This document shows positions 43,462 to 54,200 of a stretch of DNA of 64,000 nucleotides, piece by piece (positions within the stretch are counted from its first letter, which is position 1; the number at the start of each line of letters is the position of its first letter). The translations under genes and the position numbers were made by a program. The notes under the pieces were generated by a model. The model saw nothing but the letters and a program-made list of their open reading frames with translations. It did no database searches and was not told the origin of the DNA. Source of the DNA: Syntrophales bacterium (GTDB taxonomy: Bacteria > Desulfobacterota > Syntrophia > Syntrophales > UBA2210); contig CAXXNF010000001.1 of assembly GCA_963666365.2 (NCBI GenBank), positions 96,001 to 160,000 of the forward strand. Reading direction: 5' to 3'.

Positions 43462-46398
43462 CTATTCTTTCGACAGCCAGGCCAGATCACGCTCCGTGAC
43501 CGCAATCTCCACAGGACAACCGGTTTCATCGGTCAACACTGTTGCGGTCAGCCAGATGTTCAAAAGGTTTCCGTCTTTGGTCCGTCGTCGGCTCTTAAAT
43601 GATTTGATGATTTCACCTTTCCGCAACTTCGCGGTGATTTCATTGATCTCTTCGGGACAATCCTCTGGAATCAGTACCGCATAATTCATTTGCAGGGCCT
43701 CGGATTCGCTGTAGCCGTACATGGCCTCAGCCCCTTTGTTCCAGGCCCTGATCTGTCCCTTGAAATCCATTACTGCGATGGCGTCGTTGGTATCTTCCAA
43801 AACGACCGCTAACCGCTTGACGATGCCTGCCTTTTTTACATCATGGATGTTAATAAAGGTCATCACCACCCCTTCGATCACATTTTCAACCGTCCGGTAG
43901 GGCATCATCTTCAATGAATACCAGATGCCACCGTCCGACAAGATTTCAGTGCTGATGGTGTTGAGGTCTTTTAAAACCGTTTTCGCCTGGTCGGCCAGAT
44001 CAACCTCCGGAAAACTTGTTTTCAGGTCGCCGATCGGCCTGCCGATATCGGTTTGTATCAATTTGATGACCCCGGCTGCCGCAGGTGTAAATCGCTTGAT
44101 GTAAAGATGGCTATCCAAAAAGATCGAGGCGATCTCGGTAGCGGCCAGCAGATTGTTCATGTCATTGCTGGACTTTGACAGTTCATCCACCTTGTTTTGA
44201 AGCTCCGCATTGACCGTGGACAGCTCCTCGTTGGTGGATTGAAGCTCTTCCTTGGAGGTTTCAAGCTCCTCATTGGTGCTTTGAAGCTCCTCGTTGACCG
44301 ACTGAAGCTCTTCGTTAGTCGATTTGAGCTCCTCGTTGGAGGTTTCCAGTTCTTCGATGGTGGACTGAAGATATTCCCGGGTGGATTGAAGATCCTGTTC
44401 GAGCTGCTTGATTTCCGAAGTCTGCTTTTTATCTTTGGGTTTTTTATCCAATGCACCGTCGGCGACTTGCGCGGGGGTTGTGTCTTCAAACACGACCAGC
44501 ATCAACCCCTTGGAATCACCCTTATCGGATAAAGGTCCGACGGTGATGTCAACCACTGTGAAAGTGCCGTTCAGTTTGATCCGGACACCCTTCTGTGTCG
44601 TGTGGGTTTTATCTCGAAACGCTTTGTTCAGCGTGGTCGTCAATTTGTATTTGAGATCCTGACGGGCCATGGTTAAAATATTGAAACTGGGTTTGCCCGT
44701 GGGTGGCACCAGGTATTTTTCCGTCCGGCCGACAAAATGCAGAATCTCGTACTTGTCATTGACCAAAACACCGGAAGGGGCGTACCCGTCCAGTATCGCC
44801 TTTTCGGCCAGGGCCTGGATATCGCTTGGCGCTGGCAATTGCTGACCGGCCTCAGGCCCGGTGCCCTCTGATCTTTCGTCTGCGATTCCTTTTGAATAGT
44901 CGACAATGCCGCTCGAAAAGCCTTCTTTTCGCTGATAGACTTTCCATTTGGAGTCAATCGGCGCAAATAAATCCGTAAATTCGCCGATGGTCTCGGAAGT
45001 CCCCAGCAGCAAAGTCCCTCCCGGATTCAAGGTGTAATGAAATATCGGGATCATTTTTTTCTGAAGTGTAGTGTCCAGATAGATCATCAGGTTCCGGCAA
45101 CTCACCAAATCCAGCTTTGAAAAGGGCGGGTCCTTGGTGACGCTTTGCAGGGAAAAAACAACCATATCCCGGACCTGCTTCTTGATTTTGAATAAGCCCT
45201 CTTCTTTTATGAAAAACTGGCGCAGGCGCTGTTCGGAAACATCCCCGGCAATGCTGGCCGGATAAATCCCCTTTCGGGCATCTTCAATGGCTGCCTCGTC
45301 GATATCCGTGGCAAATATCTGGACATTGATATGCTTTTTGAGCTTCTCCATGGCCTCTGAGATGAGGATGGCAAAAGAATACGCCTCTTCGCCGGTGGAG
45401 CAGCCCACGACCCAGCAGCGCAGCGTGTCTTCCGGGTGCTTGGCTTCTATCACTTTTGCAAGCGCCTGCGTTTCGATCACCTCATAGGCTTTCGGGTCCC
45501 TGAAAAAGCTGGTCACGCCGATGACCAGGTTTTTGAACAAGGTTTCGATTTCAGAAGGGTTTTTTTGAATGAACAGGATGTAGTCGGGCAGTGAATTGAT
45601 CTGGTGAACCGCCAGGCGGCGCTCTAATCGGCGTTCGATAGTGCTGTGCTTGTAATGGGAAAAATCATGACCCGTTGCACTTCGGATCAGCGCGAAAATC
45701 TTCTGAAGCTGATGTTGGCCGCTGGTTTCACTAAAAACGATCTTGCCGGGTCTCTTGATAACCGGATGTTTCACATAACGGATCAGGTGTTCCGGCATCT
45801 TTTCCACTGGAAGAATGAAATCCACCAGACCGGTTTCAATGGCACTTTTGGGCATGCCTTCATACTTGGCCGTATCAGGGTCCTGAACCATGACCATGCC
45901 GCCTTCACCCTTGACGGCCTTGATGCCCAGGGTTCCATCTGAGGCCGTCCCCGATAGAACGATGGCTATGGCCTTTTCTTTCTGATTTTCGGAGAGAGCT
46001 CGGAAAAAATAATCGATCGGCATGTTGATCGCGCCGGTTTTAACAGGTTCCATCAGGTGAAGGATCTGGTTGAAAACAGCCACATTTTTATTTGGGGGAT
46101 TGAGGTACACGCAGTTGGGTTCAAGAGGGCTTGCGTCTTGGATTTCACCCACGGCCATCTGTGTGTGTTTGGCCAGCAACGACGCCATGACGCTTTTGTG
46201 CTTGGGACTCAGATGCTGGATGATCACAAAGGCCATACCGGAATCTGGCGGCATCTTGCGGAAAAAGGCTTCCAGGGTTTCCAGGCCACCGGCGGAAGCA
46301 CCAATACCGACAATTATAAGGTATTTTTTTACCAGCTTTTTCTTCTGGCTGGCTTTGGTGGGGGGTGCTTTTTTCTTATTTGTTGGCATGGTCACCAC
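43462..46398 (-). CDS. CheB/CheR fusion with coiled coil and PAS domains
   Basis: GASAGG, QHL, SGTASDG (CheB triad); GVTSFFRD, GCSTGEEAYS, SCRNLMIY (CheR); ELQSTNEEL heptads; C-terminal PAS. Confidence 0.93.
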   Translation of the reverse strand: MVTMPTNKKKAPPTKASQKKKLVKKYLIIVGIGASAGGLETLEAFFRKMPPDSGMAFVIIQHLSPKHKSVMASLLAKHTQMAVGEIQDASPLEPNCVYLNPPNKNVAVFNQILHLMEPVKTGAINMPIDYFFRALSENQKEKAIAIVLSGTASDGTLGIKAVKGEGGMVMVQDPDTAKYEGMPKSAIETGLVDFILPVEKMPEHLIRYVKHPVIKRPGKIVFSETSGQHQLQKIFALIRSATGHDFSHYKHSTIERRLERRLAVHQINSLPDYILFIQKNPSEIETLFKNLVIGVTSFFRDPKAYEVIETQALAKVIEAKHPEDTLRCWVVGCSTGEEAYSFAILISEAMEKLKKHINVQIFATDIDEAAIEDARKGIYPASIAGDVSEQRLRQFFIKEEGLFKIKKQVRDMVVFSLQSVTKDPPFSKLDLVSCRNLMIYLDTTLQKKMIPIFHYTLNPGGTLLLGTSETIGEFTDLFAPIDSKWKVYQRKEGFSSGIVDYSKGIADERSEGTGPEAGQQLPAPSDIQALAEKAILDGYAPSGVLVNDKYEILHFVGRTEKYLVPPTGKPSFNILTMARQDLKYKLTTTLNKAFRDKTHTTQKGVRIKLNGTFTVVDITVGPLSDKGDSKGLMLVVFEDTTPAQVADGALDKKPKDKKQTSEIKQLEQDLQSTREYLQSTIEELETSNEELKSTNEELQSVNEELQSTNEELETSKEELQSTNEELSTVNAELQNKVDELSKSSNDMNNLLAATEIASIFLDSHLYIKRFTPAAAGVIKLIQTDIGRPIGDLKTSFPEVDLADQAKTVLKDLNTISTEILSDGGIWYSLKMMPYRTVENVIEGVVMTFINIHDVKKAGIVKRLAVVLEDTNDAIAVMDFKGQIRAWNKGAEAMYGYSESEALQMNYAVLIPEDCPEEINEITAKLRKGEIIKSFKSRRRTKDGNLLNIWLTATVLTDETGCPVEIAVTERDLAWLSKE

Positions 46399-46645
46399 CT
46401 TTAAATGGGACGGTTGAAGATTTTACATGGTTGGTTAAAAGTTGCGATTATCTTGCATGACAGAAAGTATTTTCCGCCAGTTTCATTTTTGCCGATATTT
46501 TTGGTGTTCTCAACCATCCTGATAACATGCTTGTACAAGCTGAATTGTCCCATAATCTGTGTAATCGTTATGCCATCCCAATATATGTAGCCGGCCCTTG
46601 ATGGTCTCTATATTCGATCCCGGTGAACACTCCATTTTCGGATAA

Positions 46646-47254
46646 TTATTTAATAGATTCCTTTGATAGATCCCGCTCTCTCCACGCTTCAACGGCAGCT
46701 GTCAGTTCCTTGCTTACGTTGCTTATCTCACCGGCGGAGAGTTTACGTCCGATGAGCCGCTCGGACATCATCGAGAGGGTGCGCGTACTTACGCCGGCCA
46801 GGAACATAACGCTGAGGTCCTCCCTCAGAACATCTTCATATTGTTTGCTTCGTGGAATGACCTGGGTACTGAAAAGGCCATTTCGATCCCGCGGTACCTT
46901 AAGATCGACTTTGCCGATGCCTTTCAGTGTAAATTTGCGATGATAGGAACCATTGCGATGATTTGTATCCTCCTGACAGCGAACATAACGGTCTCTTCCC
47001 AGAAAATGGCTCAGTTCCTTATCCATAAGTATGGAAAGATATTGTCCTGTTTCTTGTATGTTCTCTCGAATCATGGCAAAAAGGTTCTGTTGTTCCTCAC
47101 AGATTCCGTTGATAATATCCGTCACTTCTGCTACTGTAATTTCCATCTTCATGGCGCTTCTCCTTTATCTATGGTTTCTTGGACAAAACCCTTATATTGG
47201 AAAAGCGCCTTTTTTACGACCTTTTATAATTTACACAAGATATTTTACACTACC
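46646..47254 (-). mobile_element. IS256-family remnant (left end and N-terminal third of transposase)
   Basis: End GGTAGTGTAAAATATCTTGTGTAAA; RNGSY, VPRDRNG, GVSTR motifs; ORF 46646..47152 stops before the DDE core. Confidence 0.85.
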
Positions 47255-47260
47255 ATACTA

Positions 47261-48483
47261 GTACCATGTAACCTTTATACCTTCGGATAAAGACGCTTCA
47301 ATTTAATCCGAGCGTCTGGGGTAGTAAATTGCCATACAATGTTCTTCGCACTGTTGTTTCGGTCTTTTTCCCATGCGGCTACTTCAGCCCGCATGGTTGT
47401 TATATCAGGAATCCGGCGATCAAGGCATTGTCCTTTCAGGGCGCTGAATTCGATCTCTGCCATATTGAGCCAACTGCCATGTTTGGGCGTGTAATGGATT
47501 TCTAGCCGTTCCGCCAAACGCCGGGCTTCACCGGGTTCGAATGTTTCGTAGAGTGAGGCAATCCTATGGGTATTCAGATTATCCATGACCAAGCGCACCT
47601 TGACAGCGCCGGAATAGCGTTCATCGAGCATCTGCTTGATCTGCATCGCCCAATCCTTTCCGGTGCGATGTTCCGTGATTGCCACATGTCGTCTGCCAGC
47701 GAGAGGCTCTACTTCCATAAATATTTCCACTACCCCGTTTCTGACATACTCGTCATCTGTGCGCGCCGGTCTTCCCGGCACGCACGGCATGGGCTCTCGC
47801 ACTTCGCCGACAAGCTGCTTGCAGGATTCATCCATGCATACTACCGGATACGCGGGATCATAAGGCATATGATATATCTCCAGCACATCTTCCATGCACG
47901 CTACAAAGGCTGCGTTCCCTTCGGGAGGGATTTTCCAGTACTTTCTGATGTGAGGCTTAAATTCGTTTTTTTTAACACCCGCTGCACCGTCATATGCGAT
48001 ACGGATTCGGCAATGCCAAGCTCAACGGCTTTGTCGGCAAGCAATCTGACCGTCCAGCGCCGACGCCCTTCCGGGGCATCCGAGCAGGCAAGTGCAACCA
48101 GTCGCGCCTCAAAGGCGCCGTCAAAGATGATGTCGCGCGGAGGTTTTTCCCGTGCTCTGCGTGCGAGTGCGGCTTCAAGCCCTTCTTCCACAAACCGCTT
48201 CTTGAGATGTTCAATCGAACGGCTCGACACCCCAAGCGCCTCTGCGACATCGGAAACGTTCCATGCAGAACCGTCAGCGCCGGCGTCGCACAACAGCAAC
48301 GCACGAGCATGGATGAATTTTCTGGCATGGGTCTTTCCTTTGTGTGTCATTGCCTCAAGCTCTCTACGCTCTTCTTTGGTAAGGGTTACTCGATATCTTG
48401 GCGACATAGCAACCTCCTTTGTTGGATTGCCGCCAGTATATCATATTTTCCATAAATACGAAATATATTATGTTACATGGTAC
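47261..48483 (-). mobile_element. IS630-family element with two ORFs joined by a probable programmed frameshift
   Basis: IRs GTACCATGTAAC / GTTACATGGTAC, TA duplication in CTAG; ORFs 47901..48407 (HTH) and 47275..47895 (MDE, MDNLNTH, SWLNMAEIE); A8 run at 47966-47973. Confidence 0.92.
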
Positions 48484-48494
48484 TAGCCCGACAA

Positions 48495-51188
48495 TCACTC
48501 TTTTTCTCCCTTGAGCACCTCATGCAACACCTTGCTCAATGACCTGGATTCAAATGGTTTGGGCATCATACCCTTAAAGCCATATTCCTGAAAATTCGCC
48601 AGGACCGGATCGTCGGAGTAACCACTGGAAACAATGGCTTTCATCTCAGGATCAATCTCAAGTAATTTGTTAATCGCTTCTTTGCCGCCCATCCCGCCGG
48701 GAATGGTCAAATCCAGAATGACAGCATCATAGGGCTTTTCAGCTTCTTTGGCGTCTTTAACCATCCGAATCGCTTCAGACCCGTCCTTTGCAAATTCTGA
48801 TTCATAACCCAGGCGCCCCAGCATTCTTCCGACCATCTTCCTTAACGGCGCTTCATCATCCATCACCAGAATCCTGCCATGGCCCTTAATTAGCTTAATT
48901 TCTTCTTTTTCAGGAATTGCCTTGTCGGAAGCGGGCAGATAGATATGAAATGTCGTACCAACCCCCAGTTGGGATTCCACCGCAATATGTCCATTGTGCT
49001 TTTTGATGATGGAATAGGTCGTGGCAAGCCCGAGGCCACTCCCGGCATGCCTGGTTGTAAAATAAGGATCAAATATGTTTGCAAGATGTTTTTCCGCTAT
49101 ACCCACTCCTTGATCTTTAATGGATATCTTGATGTATCTGCCGGGGTTAACCGGCAGACCATGCCTGTCCTCTATTATTAGATTCTCTGCCGCAACCTGA
49201 ATGATTCCTCCTCCCGGCATGGCTTGGTTCGCATTGATCACAATATTATTAATGACCTGACTGATCTGCCCGACGTCAACCTCAGCCGGCCAGAGATCTT
49301 CTGCTATCGATAACTTGCAACTGGATTTTGAGCCTCGAAGCACAAAGGAAGGCGATTCTTTGAGGATATCTTTGATTGAGGCGGGCTCTTTTACTGGCGC
49401 TCCTCCTTTGGCAAATGTCAATAACTGTTTTGTCAGTGTCTTCGCCCTTATTGAAGCCTTCTCGGCTTCGCTTAACATTTCAAATGTTTCCCCAGTAGGT
49501 GTCATCTGCATTTTGGCCAAGGAAACATTGCCGAGAATCGTGGTCAGGATGTTGTTAAAATCATGGGCGATGCCGCCCGCAAGCAGCCCCACGGATTCAA
49601 GCTTTTGAGCCCTTAAGAGCTCTTCTTCCAAGCTCTTGCGTTTGGTTATATCTTGAGCGGTTCCAAACATTCGGGTGACGCTACCATCTTCACTCTTAAC
49701 TGCTGAACCTCTTGCATGCATCCAGCGGGTTTCACCATTCGATCGTTTTATTCTAAATTCAATATCAAAAGGTGTCCCATTAGTACTTAGTTCTTGAATG
49801 GAATTATCCAGAAGACCCCAATCCTCATCATGGATAATGTTTACATGTGCTGCAAAAGAAGGTTCGCTCTTTTTTGGATCAAGCCCTAATATATGGAATA
49901 TTCCTTCTGACCACACCGGTGTTCCTGATGGTGAATTAAGCTCCCAATGCCCTATCTGAGCAACATGCTGCGCTTCCTTATGAAGCTCTTCACTTTTTTT
50001 AAGAGCTTCTTCGACTTGCTTGCGCTCGGTGATTTCTTTCCTTAATCCTATATTAGCCTTTTCCAGGTCCAATGTCGTATTAGCCAGAGCGATGGCTTGG
50101 TTACGCGATTGGGTTAAAGACAACACCATGCCAAATAACAGCAGACTGCTGATGATGCCAAGCAATAAGCTGAAGTTCGTTAAGCCGGTCTCGATGCCTT
50201 CTTCGAAATATTTTGAGGAAACGAAAGATAACAGCCACCGATGGCCGGCATATTCCAGGATGGATTGGTGAGTGGCAAAATGGCGGCCTTCAGAGTAGTT
50301 TTGGGATTCTTTCGCGGTATCGCTGTGATATAGCAGGGTTTCTTTAAGTGGCTTATCGCCATCAAAGATCTGAAGTTTAACGTAATCCTTATTTTCTACC
50401 AGAACACCCTTCATGAAATCATTCATACGAAAAGGGCTGTAAACATATCCCATTAACGCCTTACGCCTCTGTTCCGTGGTTTCTTTCAGTTCTCCTTTGC
50501 GGTAAATCGCCAGGTAGATGAGAAAGCCTGCCTGTATGTCTTCGTCCGTTTCCTGGACCAGGGTGACCTTGCCGCTCAAGGCTGCTGTTCCTGTGTCACG
50601 AGCTCTGATCATGGCTTCTTTACGGGTGGGTTCGGAAAACATGTCATAGCCAAAAGCCCGCTGATTTCGCCAATCGAAGGGCTCCAGGAAGATTATCGAG
50701 GTGTATTCCGGCCGATCCCCGTCTGGTTTGATAGAGTATTGAGGGAAACCCTCGCCGCGAATCTGACGAATGTGAGCCGCCTTTTCAGAAGAAAGAATTC
50801 GTTTAGAAAAGCCAACCCCTTGAACTCCCGGGTAATATTGATTAACCTGCAACGTCGTTACATAGGTCCGCCATTCCTCCCGGGTGACTTCGTCGGAAGC
50901 CGCAAAAAGACCGTCCCCCCCTCGGAGCAGAAATTCATAAGTCTGGAGGCGCTCGTAGATCCCTGTTTCTATTGTCTTAACCCGAAAATCAAAACGCGCT
51001 TGAGCTCTTTTTTTTGCTTCGCCTCCAGCCGAATACCAGGCGTTGAAAGTGATCAGAAGAGCCGCCAACAAAACAATCCAGGCACCCCATCTGCCCATAA
51101 GGCCAGGAAGGTGAAAAATCGAAAATATACCAGACGTCCGAGTGGAAATGTGATCAGGTAGTTCCGGTGTATTCTTATCTTGCATCAT
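48495..51188 (-). CDS. CHASE-PAS hybrid histidine kinase
   Basis: 2 TMs flanking YPGVQGVGF..LEPFDWRNQRAFGYDM..LVQE (CHASE); PAS; AHDFNN; REC. Confidence 0.92.
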   Translation of the reverse strand: MMQDKNTPELPDHISTRTSGIFSIFHLPGLMGRWGAWIVLLAALLITFNAWYSAGGEAKKRAQARFDFRVKTIETGIYERLQTYEFLLRGGDGLFAASDEVTREEWRTYVTTLQVNQYYPGVQGVGFSKRILSSEKAAHIRQIRGEGFPQYSIKPDGDRPEYTSIIFLEPFDWRNQRAFGYDMFSEPTRKEAMIRARDTGTAALSGKVTLVQETDEDIQAGFLIYLAIYRKGELKETTEQRRKALMGYVYSPFRMNDFMKGVLVENKDYVKLQIFDGDKPLKETLLYHSDTAKESQNYSEGRHFATHQSILEYAGHRWLLSFVSSKYFEEGIETGLTNFSLLLGIISSLLLFGMVLSLTQSRNQAIALANTTLDLEKANIGLRKEITERKQVEEALKKSEELHKEAQHVAQIGHWELNSPSGTPVWSEGIFHILGLDPKKSEPSFAAHVNIIHDEDWGLLDNSIQELSTNGTPFDIEFRIKRSNGETRWMHARGSAVKSEDGSVTRMFGTAQDITKRKSLEEELLRAQKLESVGLLAGGIAHDFNNILTTILGNVSLAKMQMTPTGETFEMLSEAEKASIRAKTLTKQLLTFAKGGAPVKEPASIKDILKESPSFVLRGSKSSCKLSIAEDLWPAEVDVGQISQVINNIVINANQAMPGGGIIQVAAENLIIEDRHGLPVNPGRYIKISIKDQGVGIAEKHLANIFDPYFTTRHAGSGLGLATTYSIIKKHNGHIAVESQLGVGTTFHIYLPASDKAIPEKEEIKLIKGHGRILVMDDEAPLRKMVGRMLGRLGYESEFAKDGSEAIRMVKDAKEAEKPYDAVILDLTIPGGMGGKEAINKLLEIDPEMKAIVSSGYSDDPVLANFQEYGFKGMMPKPFESRSLSKVLHEVLKGEKE

Positions 51189-51284
51189 CGGGCCTCATTT
51201 TTTTCAATCTACAATTCGTAATCGAATAATTTCCCTTAACCTGGCCAGGATGGCTCTTTCTCTACTCTCCTTCTCGCAGCATTT

Positions 51285-51785
51285 TGACCCCTGATGTCAA
51301 TAGTGGACACCAATAAAAAATATTTAAGCTGCGTTCCTCCCTGCATAGAATTGCTGTTCATACCCAACAGGGGATACGTAGCCAAGCCTCTTCTGAAGTC
51401 GTTGTCGATTATAAAATATCTCAATATATTCCGTGATCTCTCTAATTGCATGTTCTCTTGTGGCATAACGACGATGATAGATAAGCTCGCTCTTCATGGT
51501 TCCCCAAAAACTTTCGATAGGCGCATTATCATAACAACAGCCCTTCCGGCTCATGGAAGCTTTCATATGAAAACTATCAAGGAGTTTCTGGTATTCAAAT
51601 GAACAGTACTGACTTCCACGGTCAGAATGATTGATGAGCCCGCGCTCAGGCCGTTTTCTTCTTACCGCCATCAATAAAGATGTAATGACAAGTTCTTGCG
51701 TCATCCTCGAGTCCAGTGCGTAGCCTACAATCTCACCGCTAAAAAGGTCTTTGTGGGCAGCACAGTAAAGCCATCCCTCATCTGA
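51285..51785 (-). mobile_element. IS3-family remnant (3' end of orfB and right end)
   Basis: DEGWLY..KDLFSGEIVGY, HSDRGSQY, CYDNAPIESFW, FYNRQR; terminates in ..GGGGTCA. Confidence 0.88.
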
Positions 51786-51809
51786 AATTTATAAGGGTCA
51801 GGCGTTGAC

Positions 51810-53522
51810 GGCCTGTTGCCCAAATGATTTTTTTAAAAATACAGACACTCCCGTATCCCTATAGAAGAGTCCGGGAGAAATTTTTGCACGTCCGTTAAGC
51901 AGGGCTCGGCAAAACATGGCCGATACCGAAAAGGTTCTTAAATATATTAACAATAACAACTATTTGTAAATATTTTGCATCGCCCCAATGCATTTCTCCT
52001 GTCCGAACATTGCTCTTTGACATCTTTCCCGTGGACTGCCGCATCAGGATGGCAATATTCTGGACGGCGGCAATAAGAAAGTCTTGAATCTCCATGCGCC
52101 AGAAATTTCGCCATCTCGCTCGCTTATACCCATATCTCGTTGACCAGGCAAACGACCTCTCGGATAAATCCTGACGGCGCTTCACATCCTTCCGCGCTTT
52201 TTTGCTTCCCGCTTCTCTCAGCGCTGCTTCGAGATCATCATGCCGTGCGTGTCGTTTAAGCGATCGTCCGTCCTTTGCCCGCGTACACTGTTTTCTCAGC
52301 GGACAGGCCGAGCAGATTGCCGATGAAGCTTTATATTCATAGTAGGTTCGTTTCTTGTTGTAATTCCGTCTTTGCAGCATGCGACCAGCAGGGCAGAGGA
52401 AGGCGTCCTTCACAGGGTCGTAGATGAACTCTTCCTTCGGGAAAATGCCTTTTTGTCTTCCCGACCCGCGGCCGGTCTTTTCAAGGGAAGGCATGTGCGC
52501 CTTTATCTTTCTGTCGCGGCAGAGAAGGAAATTGTCGATCGTCCCGTATTTGCTGTCGGCCACCGCCGTTTCCACCGTATGCTCCGTATTGCGCTCGTGA
52601 GCGTCAATCATATCTTCCAGAGCATGGCCGTCATCCACTGATCCGGCGGTCACTTTTGTGGCAGTGATGATCTCGTGCTTTTCATCGACGGCACGATGCG
52701 TTTTGTAGCGTACCTTTGATTTACTCCCCCGGTGACGGGTAACGGAAGCGTCGGGATCGGTCGTGGAGATATACCGTTTGTCTACGGGGGTCGTCTTCGA
52801 CGCCTCTATGTCATCCAATCGCTTTTCAAGACGCCGATAACTTTTATTTAAATGTTTCGTGAGTTTGTGTGTATCCACTACTGAATTATTAGATGCGTCC
52901 GCATCGATAAGACTCGCATCCACAAAAAGCTTGCCGCCCTCAATCAGTCCTGCTTCGACGCACTGCCACACAATCCGCTCAAAAAAGAGCTTAAAGGCCG
53001 CAGTCCCCCATCGATTGCGGGCTTTGCTCAAGACGCTGTGATTGGGAACTTCCTCGTCAACGTCGTACCCGAGAAACCATAACCAATCCAGGCGCAAAGG
53101 AATCGTCTTCATGAGTTCCCGCTCCGATCGAACATTATAGAAAATCAGCAGGAGCATCATTTTAAGGATTATCGGCGGGGGAACGGAAACATTGCCCCGC
53201 TCTCCATAGGTGTCCTTCACAGCATCGGATACGAAATCGAAATCAATGCGATCCCGCATCTTCCGCAGCACATGATCCTGTGGAATCCTGTCTTCAAAAT
53301 TGATGTGATAGTGAAAGAGCTTTGACTGAAAATCAGGTTGGCGACCCATCATGGCAAGACCCTCACTGTTGGAGAATATAACGGACCTTATATACCATAA
53401 TATGGCAATTAATACAATGTGTTAAATGCGTTTGTCGATCATCTGACGCAACAAAAATACAACGGAATACTTACTTAATCCTATTCGCGTCTATTCGGCA
53501 TAGGGGATTTGGGCAACAGGCC
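51810..53522 (-). mobile_element. IS1182-family element, complete copy
   Basis: IRs GGCCTGTTGCCCAAAT / ATTTGGGCAACAGGCC. Confidence 0.92.
51895..53352 (-). CDS. IS1182 transposase
   Basis: IPQDHVLR, PNHSVLS, VDASLIDA, STTDPDA, ADSKYG, CP..C..CPLRKQC, R...SERSF. Confidence 0.93.
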   Translation of the reverse strand: MMGRQPDFQSKLFHYHINFEDRIPQDHVLRKMRDRIDFDFVSDAVKDTYGERGNVSVPPPIILKMMLLLIFYNVRSERELMKTIPLRLDWLWFLGYDVDEEVPNHSVLSKARNRWGTAAFKLFFERIVWQCVEAGLIEGGKLFVDASLIDADASNNSVVDTHKLTKHLNKSYRRLEKRLDDIEASKTTPVDKRYISTTDPDASVTRHRGSKSKVRYKTHRAVDEKHEIITATKVTAGSVDDGHALEDMIDAHERNTEHTVETAVADSKYGTIDNFLLCRDRKIKAHMPSLEKTGRGSGRQKGIFPKEEFIYDPVKDAFLCPAGRMLQRRNYNKKRTYYEYKASSAICSACPLRKQCTRAKDGRSLKRHARHDDLEAALREAGSKKARKDVKRRQDLSERSFAWSTRYGYKRARWRNFWRMEIQDFLIAAVQNIAILMRQSTGKMSKSNVRTGEMHWGDAKYLQIVVIVNIFKNLFGIGHVLPSPA

Positions 53523-53638
53523 GTCAACGACTGACCCCATTTTTGGCCGACCCCATTTTTGGCCCAATGCTTTCACACTGTATTTTCTACCGTCCCTACA
53601 GTGTTTCGAAGAGATCCTCTCGTTGCGCATCTACGTGT

Positions 53639-54085
53639 TCACTTCACCACCATTACCTGGCATTCGGCATTGCGCACGACCTTTTCGGCCACGCTTCCCA
53701 GCAGCAGTTTTTTCAGTCCCGTTCTTCCATGGGAGGCGATGACGATCAGATCGGCGCCGACCCTTTTCTGCTCGGCCAGAATAGTCTCCGACGGCACCCC
53801 TCTCTGAATATCGAACACGATCTCAATCCCCCGGGACGCGATGATGGCATTGACCGCCTTTTCCAGTCTTTGTCGCGAGGCCCTGATACTGTCCTCTTCA
53901 ATCTGCTGCATGAGATCGGCGCTCAGGCAGTAATGGTCGGCACACTGCACCATGTCGGAAGAAATCACATGCAGAAGGACAATGCTGGAACCGAACTTCT
54001 CGGCAATATCGACCGCCTCCTTGAGGGCATTGTCCGAAGATTCGGAAAAATCGGAAGGAACCAGAATTTTTTTGGGTGAAAACAT
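53639..54085 (-). CDS. Universal stress protein
   Basis: ILVPSDFS, DLIVIASHGRTG..LLGSVAEKVVR. Confidence 0.93.
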   Translation of the reverse strand: MFSPKKILVPSDFSESSDNALKEAVDIAEKFGSSIVLLHVISSDMVQCADHYCLSADLMQQIEEDSIRASRQRLEKAVNAIIASRGIEIVFDIQRGVPSETILAEQKRVGADLIVIASHGRTGLKKLLLGSVAEKVVRNAECQVMVVK

Positions 54086-54200
54086 GGAACACCTCCTTAT
54101 TTTATATTTTTTTGCGGTTGTTCCGCTTTATCCATATCCCCCAAGTTTACCTGCCATTTTACAGTAAAATCGTTAACAAACAATCTTTTTCTATCATCGG

